Below, one piece after another: positions 12,731 through 25,862 of a stretch of DNA of 64,000 nucleotides (the first letter of the stretch is position 1; each line of letters opens with the position of its first letter). Origin of the DNA: Pecten maximus (Eukaryota); assembly GCF_902652985.1 (NCBI RefSeq), contig NC_047023.1:16058001-16122000 (forward strand), read 5' to 3'. A program made the position numbers and the translations under genes. A model generated the notes under the pieces. The model made no database searches. It worked only from the letters and a program-made list of their open reading frames with translations, and had not been told where the DNA came from.

Positions 12731-15313
12731 ACTAATAATGATACCGCAGGTCAAGTATTTAGAATTCCGGAAGGGAAGTCAGGAAAATCAAAATGGCTGC
12801 TACGAAAAACAAAAGTTATTGTTTTGACGGGAAAGTCCATCAATACTGTTTGCATATGTATTGAATTTTATTTTAAATTTTTAAAGTGGTTTTGTGTAAT
12901 GTCATTATTTACGGAAGCGGTGAGGGGATATGTATTGCTTAAGCATTACTTAGAATGAATGTTGAAATACATTTTCATTCGATAAGAGTATTATCATATC
13001 TCTGTCAATTATCACCAAATGCATGACTAAGTCATCCCACAAATTTCGGTACATAATTGAGAACTGATGAGGATGCAATATTTTCTACGCCTCTCAAGCT
13101 CAATAGAAAAGTCTATAACATGTATAATGCGGTTTATTCTACTTGTGTTGTATTTCTCCGCCAAAAAAAGGATAACTCATTATTATTGAAAGGTGCAAAT
13201 ACCTTGTAAGTGAAGGTGGTAGGAACTACTGGTGGACCTTAGTCCCCGAGGTCAGCCTTAGATTGGAGGCCACGTATCAATTCATTTGAACAGTGGCATG
13301 CAATGATGAAACACCTTTATAATACAACCTTACTATATCCATCTCTCAATATTTATAGAAAGGTGTTAATATTTGCGCATTTTGAACATTTTTTAATGAA
13401 ATTAGATTACAATTACAATAAGATTTCTATGAATGACATCGATTTAGATAAAAACAGTACATCTTTATATTTGCATATTTGAATTACCTCCTAGAAAAAG
13501 TGTTGTACCAAGCTAACATCAGCGTGTAAAATAGATATTCTACATATGTAATTTTAATATCAAACGACCATAGCTTGTTCTTCTTGAAATTAGTTGAAAT
13601 TACCAATACTAATTATGATATTATTTCCTGAATTAAATTTACATGATCATATTAAATGTGATTGAATTTCTTTCAACAGGAAGAGCAAAATAAAGAAACC
13701 ATTAAAATTATAATGATATAGTAACTTAAATTCAAAAGACAATCTATTCATTTTGTTTTAATCAACTTTATTGCTTTTTGAAGGATCAAACGGTTCTTAG
13801 TCTTGATATTTGGCATGTAGTGTTTTTGATCAGAGAAAATGGTTTTATTCATCATGAATGAGATCTTGTTTGGTATTTCATATACTGTTGATGACATAAT
13901 TCAACAAGTGGAACCGTTACTGATGGTCCAGGAAAGATTTTCAGGGGCTAAATTTTCTGCATCCGTTTTTGTTGTGGTTTAAAGTATTTCTTTGTTTTCA
14001 TTTTAATTCCTCTTCGTGTCGTTTCAAATTATCCTCCTAATTAACACACTTAATCTCATAACAGATATTGTGGATTCAGGTTTAGATGTGGGTTTTTTTT
14101 TCAACTGAAATTGTTGTATGCAAATCGCACTCAGGTGCATTTGTAAGTTTACCATGCTAACACAAAACACGTCGATGAATACTTGGATCAGGAAAATCCA
14201 TTTGGGCGAACACTATCTCTGTATGTTCATAGGGCGAGAACACAGGTAAATAATACATTATACAATCATCATACGTACGGCTTGAATTATCTTGTTTCGA
14301 AGATTTGAGGGAGATTATTATTTCCATTATGAGTTGAAGAAAAAACGCATTTTCACAAATACTAAAGCTCTCTGCCATAATCGTATATATGATTTTTTTT
14401 ATTTATCTATTTATACACACAATTCACTACCGGGATCTTTTCACAAGGTCTCCGTCACAGAAGCTATTCTTTGTACATAGCTTGATCCCTAATTGTCTTT
14501 ATATGGACTTTATAATACTTCTGAATATTTCAAAAATGGCTTTAGCGTTTCAAGTGAACATACGAAATTTCCAATTTACATATGTGGATTAATGGCAATC
14601 AATCATATTTCAACCTTTTGACATTACTTAATATCAAAATATCTGCTTAAAATTGGACATTGCAATGAAATACATTCTCAACTTCCACGTTAGAGAAAGT
14701 CTATACGTCATACTAATTGTTCGTTCATTACCTTTAGACTATAATTAACCCTGTCTCTTCTCTTAGACAGCTAGACGAGTGTTTGCATTAGTATATAGAT
14801 AAAAAAAAACATTCCGTTTAACAAAAACATTTTATTACATGAAAACAATCATTTTTGGCAATAAATTAAATGGCAAGTTATGCTGAGTATGATGAATCTG
14901 AAAACGAAAAAGGGGAAAAAATTAAAATAACTTTCAAGGCTATTATCTAACATGTTTACCAGTGACACGTGTATTTTTTCAGCTAGTTGTTCAACATAAA
15001 GTGCACATGTGGATCAAGGATTTGTTTTCCCTTTAACGGCTACAATATATAGATAAGAACTGAGACAATTTAAAGCGTGCGGTTAATGCTCCTCCTTTTT
15101 TATCATCATTATTCGGCATTTACTGCAATGATTACTACTGTGTATGATAATAATTCACCTTTAGTGGTGCTGTTAACTTGTTTTTCCTTTTTATAGGCCT
15201 ATGTTTAGTACTGAATGATAAACTTTTTTGATTTTGTAAATTAGGAGTATCTGCTACCATATGAATTCGGGCAATGAGCAATGACTTCGTGCTTTACCTT
15301 GAAATTCTATTGT

Positions 15314-16269
15314 TTAATATCCACCAAATACGGAGCCTCGTCGTCTCATCCACCTGTTTCCGTAACCACGTCCATAGCCTCCAAGACCGTATCCCCCACG
15401 ACCATAGTTATTTCCGTATCCGTTTCCATATCCATATCCACCACCAAGAAGTCCAAGACCACTTCCGAATCCATCGTCTAACATTGATCCCAAGCCATAG
15501 CCATAGGAATTTCCTGCAATAGATGTTTTCGTTATGTAAAGCTATATATGCAAACAACAACAATGTCACAAAATTATAAAAATAATTTTGACTTGAAAAT
15601 GATTACCAATAGATTCATTGAAGCGAACATATCTTGAAAATAAACGGTCATGAAAATAGATTTACATTAGCTATTTGGTCAGTCAGTTTCATTTAAGGAC
15701 GTGTGAGGTTTGGGGGTTTGGAGGTTTGGGAAACCGGGAGTACCTGGAGAAAAAACATCGATCTACCGTCAATACCAGACAACTGCCCGTGTGTTTCGAA
15801 CTCGCGACCGAGAGGTGAAGGGCTTGTGATAAAGTGTCGGGGCACCTTAACAAACGCCGCCGCGATCCCTAACTTTAACCAAGTCGTAAGGCTTATTTAT
15901 AATATGCGGAGGTCATCATATATAAGTAACGTAAACTGGGTTGTTTTTGCATCTTAAAATATGAAAAATTAGCCGGTTTGTAAACAAGGAAGGAAAACCT
16001 TTCAAATATAATGTAAGCAGCGTTTTATTTTCTAGAGTCTAGGATATCAGAATAAAATTAGGACAAATGAAATTGTCATCTTGTTTTCTAGAGATTACTG
16101 AATATTTCTATATTTTTACTACTGGTTATGTTAAACGTAAGTGGTGTAGTGTGTACCATGTGATTATATGTTGATGTGTAAACATCCACCGCATCTAGTA
16201 CTCACCATAATAATGAGTGCAGAGCCCACTAGCCACGAGGCAGGACAGGAGAAACAATACCTTCAGCAT
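15314..16269 (-). CDS. Gene 2: secreted Gly/Tyr-rich protein, 87 aa, complement(join(15314..15513,16206..16269))
   Basis: Protein: MLKVLFLLSCLVASGLCTHYYG|NSYGYGLGSMLDDGFGSGLGLLGGGYGYGNGYGNNYGRGGYGLGGYGRGYGNRWMRRRGSVFGGY*. Phase-1 GT-AG intron. Exon 1 ~17245-17204; 3' exon from 14897; AATAAA 14836-14831. Confidence 0.92.
15680..15869 (-). mobile_element. tRNA-derived V-SINE-like element in gene 2 intron 2
   Basis: On the minus strand there is a B-box-like GAGTTCGAAAC followed by a V-domain-like TTTTCTCCAGGTACTCCCGGTTTCC. It is absent from the same intron in genes 3-6. Confidence 0.65.
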
Positions 16270-17203
16270 AGTGTCGGTTTGGTAGTGACTGAAAAACACC
16301 AAAGTTTTATCATTAAATAATACTCTGAATGATTAATTAATACTTGATTTTATCTCGCTATTACAGACGTCTGGTTCGGTTAATTAACAGGTAATACTCC
16401 TAAATAATGCATATGTCAACTTATTGATGTATCGGTATCAAAACAGATTATCAGTTAGCGATTGAGATCAACTTCAGAATGACTAAAAATATTCCATAAA
16501 CTAGTAAAAGAACGAATATGGAACGATAAATAAACGTTTAACAACAGTTTAACACTATATATATCTTTCAGATACATATCTTAGTAAAACGAAAAGACAG
16601 AATGAGAATACCAATATGTAAACAGAATCATTATCCTAAAACAATAGAGAATACCGCCTTATCAACCAAAATTCTAACATGAAATTGATAAAACGAGGGC
16701 AATATATCAACAAAAGATCTCGATTTGTATGCAGACTCTTGAAAAAGAACAAGAAGTTTAAGATCGCTGTTCCCGAACAACAGAACAAGCAGACAAATCA
16801 ACGAGCATCGAATCAGTTTAACTGACATCGATCAATGAAACAACATACTGTCGTACACTGATAGTGTGAAGTGCGGTTGTAATGTTGTAACAGCATGATG
16901 AAAATACATGAAAGATAGTGTCACATTTCTATCAATTGCTAGAATTTCAATTGGTAATTTTTTCGTTGTGACAGTATGGATTTATAACAACAATGCTCGA
17001 ACGAAATATAGCATCAGGATAACGAAAGAGAAACTTCTGTTTTAACAGCAATACATATTAAAAGAAATATAGCGTAAACATTTCAATAGATAATTATGTC
17101 TTCAGTCGTAAAAATAATGATACAACTAAATATAACGACAAAATTCAGATGACAATAGAAATATACATATTGTACTCATAAACACACTCCAACAGGTACT
17201 TAC

Positions 17204-17460
17204 CTAGACGTCGGTACGATTCGGTGTCGAGTAAAGATTGAGAATGGTTCGGGGATGGTTCTCCCCCATATTTATACAAGTTGCACAAGGAAATCAGGAA
17301 ATGTTTCTCAAATGCGATTCGATAAAACGACAAAAGCTCACAATAATGTTGACGAATGACCGGTGACGATTATGACTCATCCATACTACTTGTGACCTGT
17401 GTCCAATAAGGTGTATTAGTAAGATCAACAGTGATCAACCTGGGGCTATCTAGGCTACTA
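17204..17460 (-). promoter_or_regulatory. Gene 2 exon 1/promoter: TATA 17269-17276, tandem AGGAAAT, AP-1 TGACTCA 17373-17379, DR1 17393-17405
   Basis: The module is conserved upstream of genes 2-7, with TATA ~31 nt from an Inr-like CCATTC. Confidence 0.8.
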
Positions 17461-18245
17461 CGCAACTGTCATGGAGATGTGAATGAAATGATTACAAGTA
17501 ACGCAGTCATGTTTGGAAACCAATCATAGAAAAGTATTGATTAGACATATATATATGTACTGTTAAAAAGAATAACAAAGAATGCATTCTTGTTATCAAA
17601 ACCGTAGGTCGGTCACATCTTATTCGACGAAATACATATAGACAGGAAATTACACGTCCACAATGGATCCAATCAATGTCAAATAATAAATCATAAACTA
17701 CGTGTTGTCATATGTTAAGTCGTTAGTTCCACTTAGTCATTATGGTAAGTTGTAAGCAAACTCTGAAATTTACTAAAACAAGTATATACAGTATTTCAGA
17801 AATTGTCTCAAAATTTCTCTATATAGTAAATGATAGTTAAATTGCATATGCAATAAAGTTCAGAATTACAGCATTCCTAACTTATAGAGTCGCTGGACCG
17901 TACATTTTCGGTGTTATTCTATGAGTGATTAGCGCGTTGAGATATCCAATAATGATGTAACTATCTTCCAAAGTTGGTCAAAGTTGAAGATATACATTTT
18001 GAGTAACAGATCTAAACGCAAAACTTTAAAATAAAATGTTTACGACGACACCACCATGTTTGTCGCTGTTGCCGCTTTCGCGACTTTTCTTCGAAGTTTA
18101 GACAGTAAAACTGCATAATACTTATGTTCCATTATCATATATCTTAAATCAGTTATGCAAAGTGCAAAAAGCGTGGGAATAAAAAAAAAAAAAGGATTCC
18201 ACAAAAAATCTGTCTCAAATACTAACTATATAAGATGCTAGTAAT

Positions 18246-18595
18246 ATAATCTAGCATGGGTCTGTTCAATAAACAAGATAACTCAACCCGAGTGTAAGAG
18301 TTTAGCCAGTCAGAACGAGGCTTGACGAGTGCTGACGAGCCAAACTCTTACACGAGGGTTGAGATATCGCTGTTTGTGTAACAGACCCATTTTTGTTTAT
18401 TTTTCTCACATGCTTGAAAGCAAATTTTTTATGAAAGTATTGCATCGCGCCATCTACAATGCTCCTTTTAATATGCGTCAAAATTGATGACGTCATCATT
18501 TACGACATGGCGTAAAATGATGACGTTACGTTATTATTTACCCCCTGTGTGGGATGGATTTATCTTTTCCCTAGCACACACGTATGTGAGAAAGA
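18246..18595. mobile_element. Non-autonomous element with ~135-bp internal palindrome (Crypton-like); copies at ~28952-29323, ~36428-36523 (deleted) and ~42514-42862
   Basis: Hairpin ATGGGTCTGTT..CAACCCGAGTGTAAGAGTTT..CGAGGCTTG[A/C]CGAG..AAACTCTTACACGAGGGTTG..AACAGACCCAT (18256-18390). Confidence 0.55.
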
Positions 18596-18874
18596 CTATA
18601 ACTCTATATAATTCAATGCAAATGGCGATCAGTTTAAATATGTTTCACATCACATCAAATGGTTATGTATTTTTAAACTGTGTGTCACTATCCGTAAGAA
18701 TCTAGATATGGCATTCAGGGTGTGACAACAAGTCTCTGGAACTAAAAGGATTTATCAAAGTTAACAAAAACGAGGAAAAGGTATAACAAAATGATTTACT
18801 CGGCAGTACTTGCTAAAATTATCAGGGGAACAAGACTCGATGTTCCGAAAATCATTTCAAAATATATATGATGA

Positions 18875-19030
18875 TTGATAAGACTTACCATACTGAGCAG
18901 GTTATACTCAAGGACAATGACAGGATATAAGTACAATTCCCCAATAACAAATGTTCCCTTTGGAGATAGTAACATCCCTGCTTCCCATACATACGATACA
19001 TCTGTATTTATATGTTCCAGATGCCATATT
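18875..19030 (+). pseudogene. Decayed Penelope-like retroelement RT C-terminal fragment; copies at ~29610, ~36575, ~43145 and ~53600
   Basis: The translations YNSPITNVPFGDSNIPASHTY and FIIINFPFLDNNTPAFLTYGVY resemble the Penelope-like motif FNFPIVNFPFLxSNIPxxPAYGVY. Confidence 0.55.
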
Positions 19031-19837
19031 TCCTTGCGCGATATTAAGTGTTTGATACTTGTTAGTATACCTACTGGTTACGTTGTCACAGCACTGGTTT
19101 TCATTTTACGAACGTTACTTAACGAAGATTTAACCTAGCTTTGCATGGAGGGTGCCGTCGACGAGCCATAAGATTCTTACCCGTATGTCGGGATTATTTT
19201 TTTTATAATGATACTTGATAATGACAACGATTGGTTTAATGTATAGAAGCAGTTGTCTGTGTTACTGTTCCGACGTCACTAGCATAGTGTTCTGACTTAC
19301 GGAATATGTGGTAGCACGCCACAGAAAGTCTGGGTATCCATGGGTGTTTTTTTAAAGCAAATAACTCCTGTATTATGATATGCATAAAAAATGAAAAAAA
19401 TAAATGCACACTATAATTGGTATATTCATTATGAACAAAATTGGTTCCGGACTTTCCGAAAGTGTGTTTACACAGGAAATTCGGTTTTGCCTACAACGAA
19501 AAATGGAGGCTCATAATCAAGGTAAGATTGCGGGAAAACTTAATCTACAACATATGTCAAAACATTAATTCTGTCTTTGGGATAGATATTTAATTTCAAA
19601 TAGGTTTCAGAAAAAAAATTGTGAAGAGAATTGTGTCATTTTGGGTCAACTATAATATTTTGCAATTTTTAAGTTATTTTTAAGTTGTTACCGTGGTATT
19701 CTAAGCTGTTTAAAAATTGCAAATGTTGTATAGATTACAAATATATATACTTAATTAGAGGTAATATGTAAGGTTAACTGGCAATATTTAAATATCTAAA
19801 CATGTGTTATATTTTTCAGAATTGGGCATTTTTACTG

Positions 19838-22800
19838 GGGAGCCTGAAGTTGGTTCTGAGTTCCGAGTTCCGAGTTCCGAGTTCCGTTTAAGATAAACGG
19901 AACTAGGAACCAGTTCCGAGTTCCGTTTAAGAAAAACGGAACTGCAATGCATTAGATTTACGAGTTTTGGTCCCAGTTCTGAGTTCCGTTTAAGAAAAAC
20001 TGAAATATTAAGTATTAGCTTTATTGGTTTTGGTCCCAGTTCCGAGTTCCGTTTAAGAAAAACTGAAATACTATGTATTAGCTTGATTGGTTTTGGTCCC
20101 AGTTCCGAGTTCCGTTTAAGAAAAACGGAACTAGGAACCAGTTCCGAGTTCCGTTTAAGAAAAATGAAACTTCAATGTAATAGCTTTACGGGTTTTGGTG
20201 CCAGTTTCCAGTTCCGTTTAAGAAAAACAGAAATACTGTGTATTAGCTTGATTGGTTTTGGTCTTAGTTCCGAGTTCCGTTTAAGATAAACGGAACTAGG
20301 AACCAGTTCCGAGTTCCGTTTAAGAAAAATGGAACTAAGAACCAGTTTTACGGGACTTGGTCCTAGTTTTCAGTTCCGTGTAAGAAAACCGAAAATTGGA
20401 ACCAGTTCCGAGTTCCTTTTAAGAAAATATTCTATGTACTTTATCTCAATATGAGACCCGAATCTGAAGAAGAAAAACTACATGTGTCAAATGGATGCAA
20501 AGTCATTTATGAGTCACGTATGAATTTTACGGGACACGGTCCTAGTTTTCAGTTCTGTTGAAGAAAATCGAAACTAGGAACCAGTTCCGAATTCCGTTTA
20601 AGTAAACGGAACTCGGAACCAGAGTTCCGTTTAACCAGTTCCGAGTTCCGGTTAAGTAAAACGGAACTCGGAACCAGTTCCTAGTTCCGTTTAACCAATT
20701 CCGAGTTCCGTTTAAGGTAATGTAAGTATGTAGAAGATTTACGGGTTTTGGTCCCAGTTCCGAGTTCCGTTAAAGAAAAACTGAAATACTATGTATTAGC
20801 TTTATTGGTTTTGGTCCCAGTTCCGAGTTCCGTTTAAGATAAACGGTACTAGGAACCAGCTTGCGTTGTAACTTCTGGGAAAAAGGATAACAACACGACT
20901 GGTGTTGTAAAATTACGAGACATTGTTGTGTTGTAACCTCCAAGAGAGAATGTTACAACGCAGTTTTCGTTCATGGTACATTTTTTTTTTTTTTTACCCT
21001 TTCCTAAATTACAAGTAGCTTGTTAAAGCAGCTTTCTAGATATCGCGAAATATGGGTCTATGGAGGGAGATATGAGTTTTTATTTGTAGTTAATGTATCT
21101 ATATGTGTGAAGTTAAAGTACACAAACAAAGCAATAACTGCAAAGTATATTTCATACACCATTTTGTTTTTCAATATGGCTTCTACTGTTGAGGTGAAAT
21201 GTCTATATGACGACTGGGAAAAATCTTTAATTGGTATTACTGAAGTTTTATTCAACACAAATAAAAAAAAAATACAATTTCATTGAATAATATTGAAAAG
21301 TTCTTTCATTGGTACCTGGAAACATAGAAATACGCGGGGTAGCAGGAAACTTCTAAGGAGTTGCCAAAGGCCTTCCTTGTAATTCGCTGTCAATGATTAG
21401 ACTAAATGATTAGATTAAATCTACAATTTGTGATATCACTAATTCGAATATATGGTATCATTAAATGATTAAACGATATCATGAATTCTAATTTATGATA
21501 TCATTTAATGAATAAATTATATCAATAATTCGTATTGATATCACTTTATTCCTTGAATTAATGATATCAATAATGGAATTATTCATATAAATAAATCGAA
21601 TAAATGATAACCATTAATTATGTCTCCCCCGTAAGTTTCGGAGAGACATATTGCTTTGTTCCCGCGAGGAGGGGATGCTTGGGATTGCACTTGAGTTTTG
21701 TAAGTCAGAGCTCACATGATCTGCTACTGAAAATATTAAATTTATTCATTCGTTTGTTTCCGTGCGATAACTTGTATTCTTGTTAACAAATCGTCTCCAT
21801 TTTTTTTTCTTTGTATTTATTTTATTTTTTAAGTTTTTCAGCATAGTAAAATACAAAAACATAAACCCCATATACGTTTATCTTAAACGGAACTCGGAAC
21901 TGGGACCAAAACCAGTAAAGCTTATACATGGTTGTTCCGTTTTTCTTAAACGGAAATCGGAACTGGTTAAACGGAACTCGGAACTGGTTCCGAGTTCCGT
22001 TTTACTTAAACGGTAATCGGAACTGGTTAAACGGAACTCGGAACTGTTTATAAATAGTAGTTCGTTTGTCTTAAACGGAACTCGGAACTGGGACAAAACC
22101 CGTAAATCTTCTACATACCTACATTACCTTAAACGGAACTCGGAATTGGTTGAACGGAACTAGGAACTGGTTCCGAGTTCCGTTTTACTTAAACGGAACT
22201 CGGAACTGGGACCAAGTCCCGTAAAGTTTATGCATAGTAGTTCGTTTGTCTTAAACGGAACTCGGAACTGGGACCAAAACCAATAAAGCTAATACATAGT
22301 ATATTAGTTTTTCTTAAACGGAACTCGGAACTGGGACCAAACCTATTACATTTCAGTTCCACTTTTCTTAAACGAAACTCGGAACTGGTTCCTAGTAATC
22401 TTAAACGGAACTCGGAACTGGTTCCTAGTTCCGTTTTACTTAAACGGAACTCGGAAATGGTTTCTAGTTTCATTTATTTTAAAAGGAACTGGGAGCAAAG
22501 ACCAAGTCCCGTAAAGTTTATACCTAACTGATAATTGTTCCTACACTCATTGACATATCATTTCTTTTCATATTCGGGTCTTGTAATGAGATAAAGTACG
22601 TAGAATATTTTCTTTAATGAATTTGGAAACTTATTCCTAGTTCCGTTTTTCTTAAACGGAACTCGGAACTGGCACCGAAACCCGTAAAGCTAATACATTG
22701 AAGTTCCATTTTTCTTAAACGGAACTCGGAACTGGGACCAAAACCAATCAAGCTAATACATAGTATTTCAGTTTTTCTTAAACGGAACTCGGAACTGGGA

Positions 22801-22945
22801 CCAAAACCAATAAAGCTAATACTTAATATTTCAGTTTTTCTTAAACGGAACTCAGAACTGGGACCAAAACTCGTAAAGCTAATACATTGCAGTTCCGTTT
22901 TTCTTAAACGGAACTCGGAACTCGGAACTCGGAACCAACTTCAGG
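19838..22945. mobile_element. 3.1-kb foldback element: ~1-kb inverted arms of modular subrepeats, ~1-kb non-coding loop, 8-bp TSD TTTTACTG
   Basis: Ends CCTGAAGTTGGTTC...GAACCAACTTCAGG. The left arm is made of CCAGTTCCGAGTTCCGTTTAAG units and the right arm of their reverse complement. TSD at 19830-19837 and 22946-22953. The empty site CATTTTTACTGTACAC is at ~44141. Confidence 0.92.
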
Positions 22946-25862
22946 TTTTACTGTACACTGCTACTGTGCAGATATGTTGTGTTTTTTTTTTTTTATCAGA
23001 GTCGTATTATAATCTTACTTTGCAATGGACATTACCGTCTCTGTTATCAAGTTACCATTTACATTTTAGTTTCCTCCTCCGCCCCTGGCTATAGGAATAA
23101 GAGACATAGCCCTTTAACTTTGAAATTTTTGGCATTTGTTAGGGTTGTGTGATTGGTATTGACCTGAAGAGTAATAGATATTGTGTTGAAAAATAAAGAA
23201 TGAATTATTTACAATATGTTGTTTTTCATTTATTTTATTAGTATTTACGCCACTTTCAGCTGTATTTTTGTTTTTTATTTTCAGATTTACGCGTGAAAGA
23301 AACCATAAACTAGGGGAAGTACTGACACGTGACATGTATCTATCAATATTTATAATTCTATAGCAAACCTATAACACAGGTTGAGCTCTTAATAGTTTGT
23401 TTAGAAATTGTCAGACATGTTACGGTCCCACAACCTTGCCAACATATGTGCGAATATCGTTGAAGGGCCATAACTCGTAAAACTTGATTTGCAGAAACTG
23501 TTTTAAGGTATGTGATAATGTCCAATTGAGGGATTAATAAGATTAAATAGAAAATCATAACGAAAGTTTAGGAAATAAGAATACCAAAAGCATATGTGTC
23601 AACATTTTGAGTCATATCGGGTTATAATTTTCATAAAACTTGACACGGCAACAATATTTTGCGACATGCCCTGTCATACTGATGAAGCATGTGAAATCAC
23701 AAAGTTTTTCGTTGAAAACTGTAACACAAGTTACACTCACCACAAATTGCTAATGATGGAACGTATGACCTGACCAGCGCAATAACATAATACACACTGG
23801 TATATGTATCACATTTCATTCCATTTTCAAAGAAGAGTAGCATTTTCTTGATGTTCGCCATATAGTTTTTGTTTCGAGATTTTGTTTGGTATTCAAGAAG
23901 ACTTTGAATTTGTTAAGAAATTATGAGACTATTGTGGGGGTCACACCAAATTGTAAACATGTGCGAATATTCAGAAAGAACCATACCTTGTTTGGTATTT
24001 TAGCCATTGACTGTGGGAGGATTCAACCATGCCTGACGGACGTAACTTTTGGTTTGGGGAAGATGTTCCGGGGCGAAGTATGCTGTATCATTTTTGTGAG
24101 AGTTTGCACATATATATATACAGTGTATATATATATATATTGTTAAATTGTATTGACATCCAGATTCAAATCAATGTTATTTCCAATTATCCAGTGTCTC
24201 TGAAAAATCATATATATATATTAAATGACGTGGAATCTGGTTCAGCTCATCTGAATTTCCCTATGCTTACAACTTAACAGTGTTGATACAAACAGGATTT
24301 TTCTATTTTGTTTCCGTCGTTGAATTAGGAGAATTCATCAGCATAAAACTCCTAAGGGCAATAACACAGATGATTATTTTTAATGTACACCTTTAAAATC
24401 TTTTTTCGACGTCCTCATAGAGACAATGACTTTTTCAGATATTAAAAATGACATTAATGTATATTTTCTTTCTATGGATTCCATTGTAAAACATCGGTTA
24501 AAAGCATTATACATGTTACTCGCAACTCTCCACAATCATTCTTCACAAGGAATCCGTCGCAGTAATCATTATATGTATCTTCTGATAATTAACTTCATAT
24601 TTAATTAGGTATTTCTATCATCATTCGCTATGACAGTAAAAAGAGACATTTGTTCCCTTATAAGTTAATAGTCATGTAAATTGTATGCAAATTGCACTTT
24701 AGAACATAAACTTGTCATTTTAGGACATCTAATAACATAGCAAGGGAATTCATTGATAAAGTTCCCGCTTATAAATATTGATAATACTTTTATTTTCTGT
24801 AACATCCAGAAGTATTCAATATAATAACACTACATGAACAAACTTGTAACGTCGTGGGGTCAAAAAGCCGTCAAAACCAATCAAGTGAGAATTCTTTTCA
24901 AACGTTGGCGTCATTTTAACATGTAAAACTGGTATGAGGAAACAATCAGTCCGTGCGATCATGCTGTGATATCTCAATATCTCAACCATTTGAGATTAGT
25001 TTACATCATAATTTGAATCTGGTAACGATAATCAAAACACAGAGTCAAGTCTACGCGGCAGGGAGGGGTCTGTGTGTCATACTAATTATCCAGCACTTAA
25101 CGAATATCACCTCTAGAATTTTCTGGTAGAAACATCTTCTTCGGTGCATTATTTTGACTATTCTGACTTTATATACAAATAAAAACCATATTTCATTCAT
25201 TAAACACATTTTATTAAGTGAAAACTATTTTTGGCAATAAATTAAATGGTTAAAGCATGAAGGAGAGTGTGATGAATCTGCAAAAAAAAGAAACACATTT
25301 AATACAATTGCCAATGATATCATCTATAATATCTATAATTACCAATATATGTATCTATCAGTTACTATCTGTCCATATTTCTTACTACGGGCAATTTTTT
25401 TCTTTCCTGGTTATATTTAACACTTTATAGATAAGAACTGACAAAACTCAATTGATAAGCAATACGGTTAATGCTCCTAATTTTCGAACTTTAACATTTT
25501 CAGTGCAATTTGTCTTAAAATAATGCAATTTTATCATCGTTATGAAGCATTTACTGCATTGATTATTATTTTATGTGAAAAATGTTAAATTTCTATTTGA
25601 TGATGCTTGATTTGTCTATTTTAAAAGCTTACATTTACCACTTAATGACAAACTTATTTGTGTAGATTAGGAGAATATATTACAATGTCAAATTAGGTAA
25701 TAAACAGACAATGCCTTCGAGCTTTACCTGGAAATTTTATTTGCTGATTTACATACTCATTTGATTCTGAGTTATCTATATTAATTACTCCCTACCAAAC
25801 TTATCGACAACAAGGTCAAATAAGCAAATCTAAAAAACTTCGATCTTTACCTGGAAAACGTT

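Noticed and set aside
15314-16269. Assigning a gene symbol (shematrin, mfp-3, keratin-associated protein)
   Set aside because: The similarity is compositional only. The proteins lack the shematrin RKKKY-type terminus, and orthology cannot be established without searches.
18302-18705. Short ORFs conserved between duplicated spacers (also 42571-42974, 24426/31603 etc.)
   Set aside because: Conservation reflects recent duplication. The frames are disrupted in other units and show no protein-like features.
20860-21870. Transposase in the foldback loop
   Set aside because: Only ORFs under 90 aa with no recognisable motifs.
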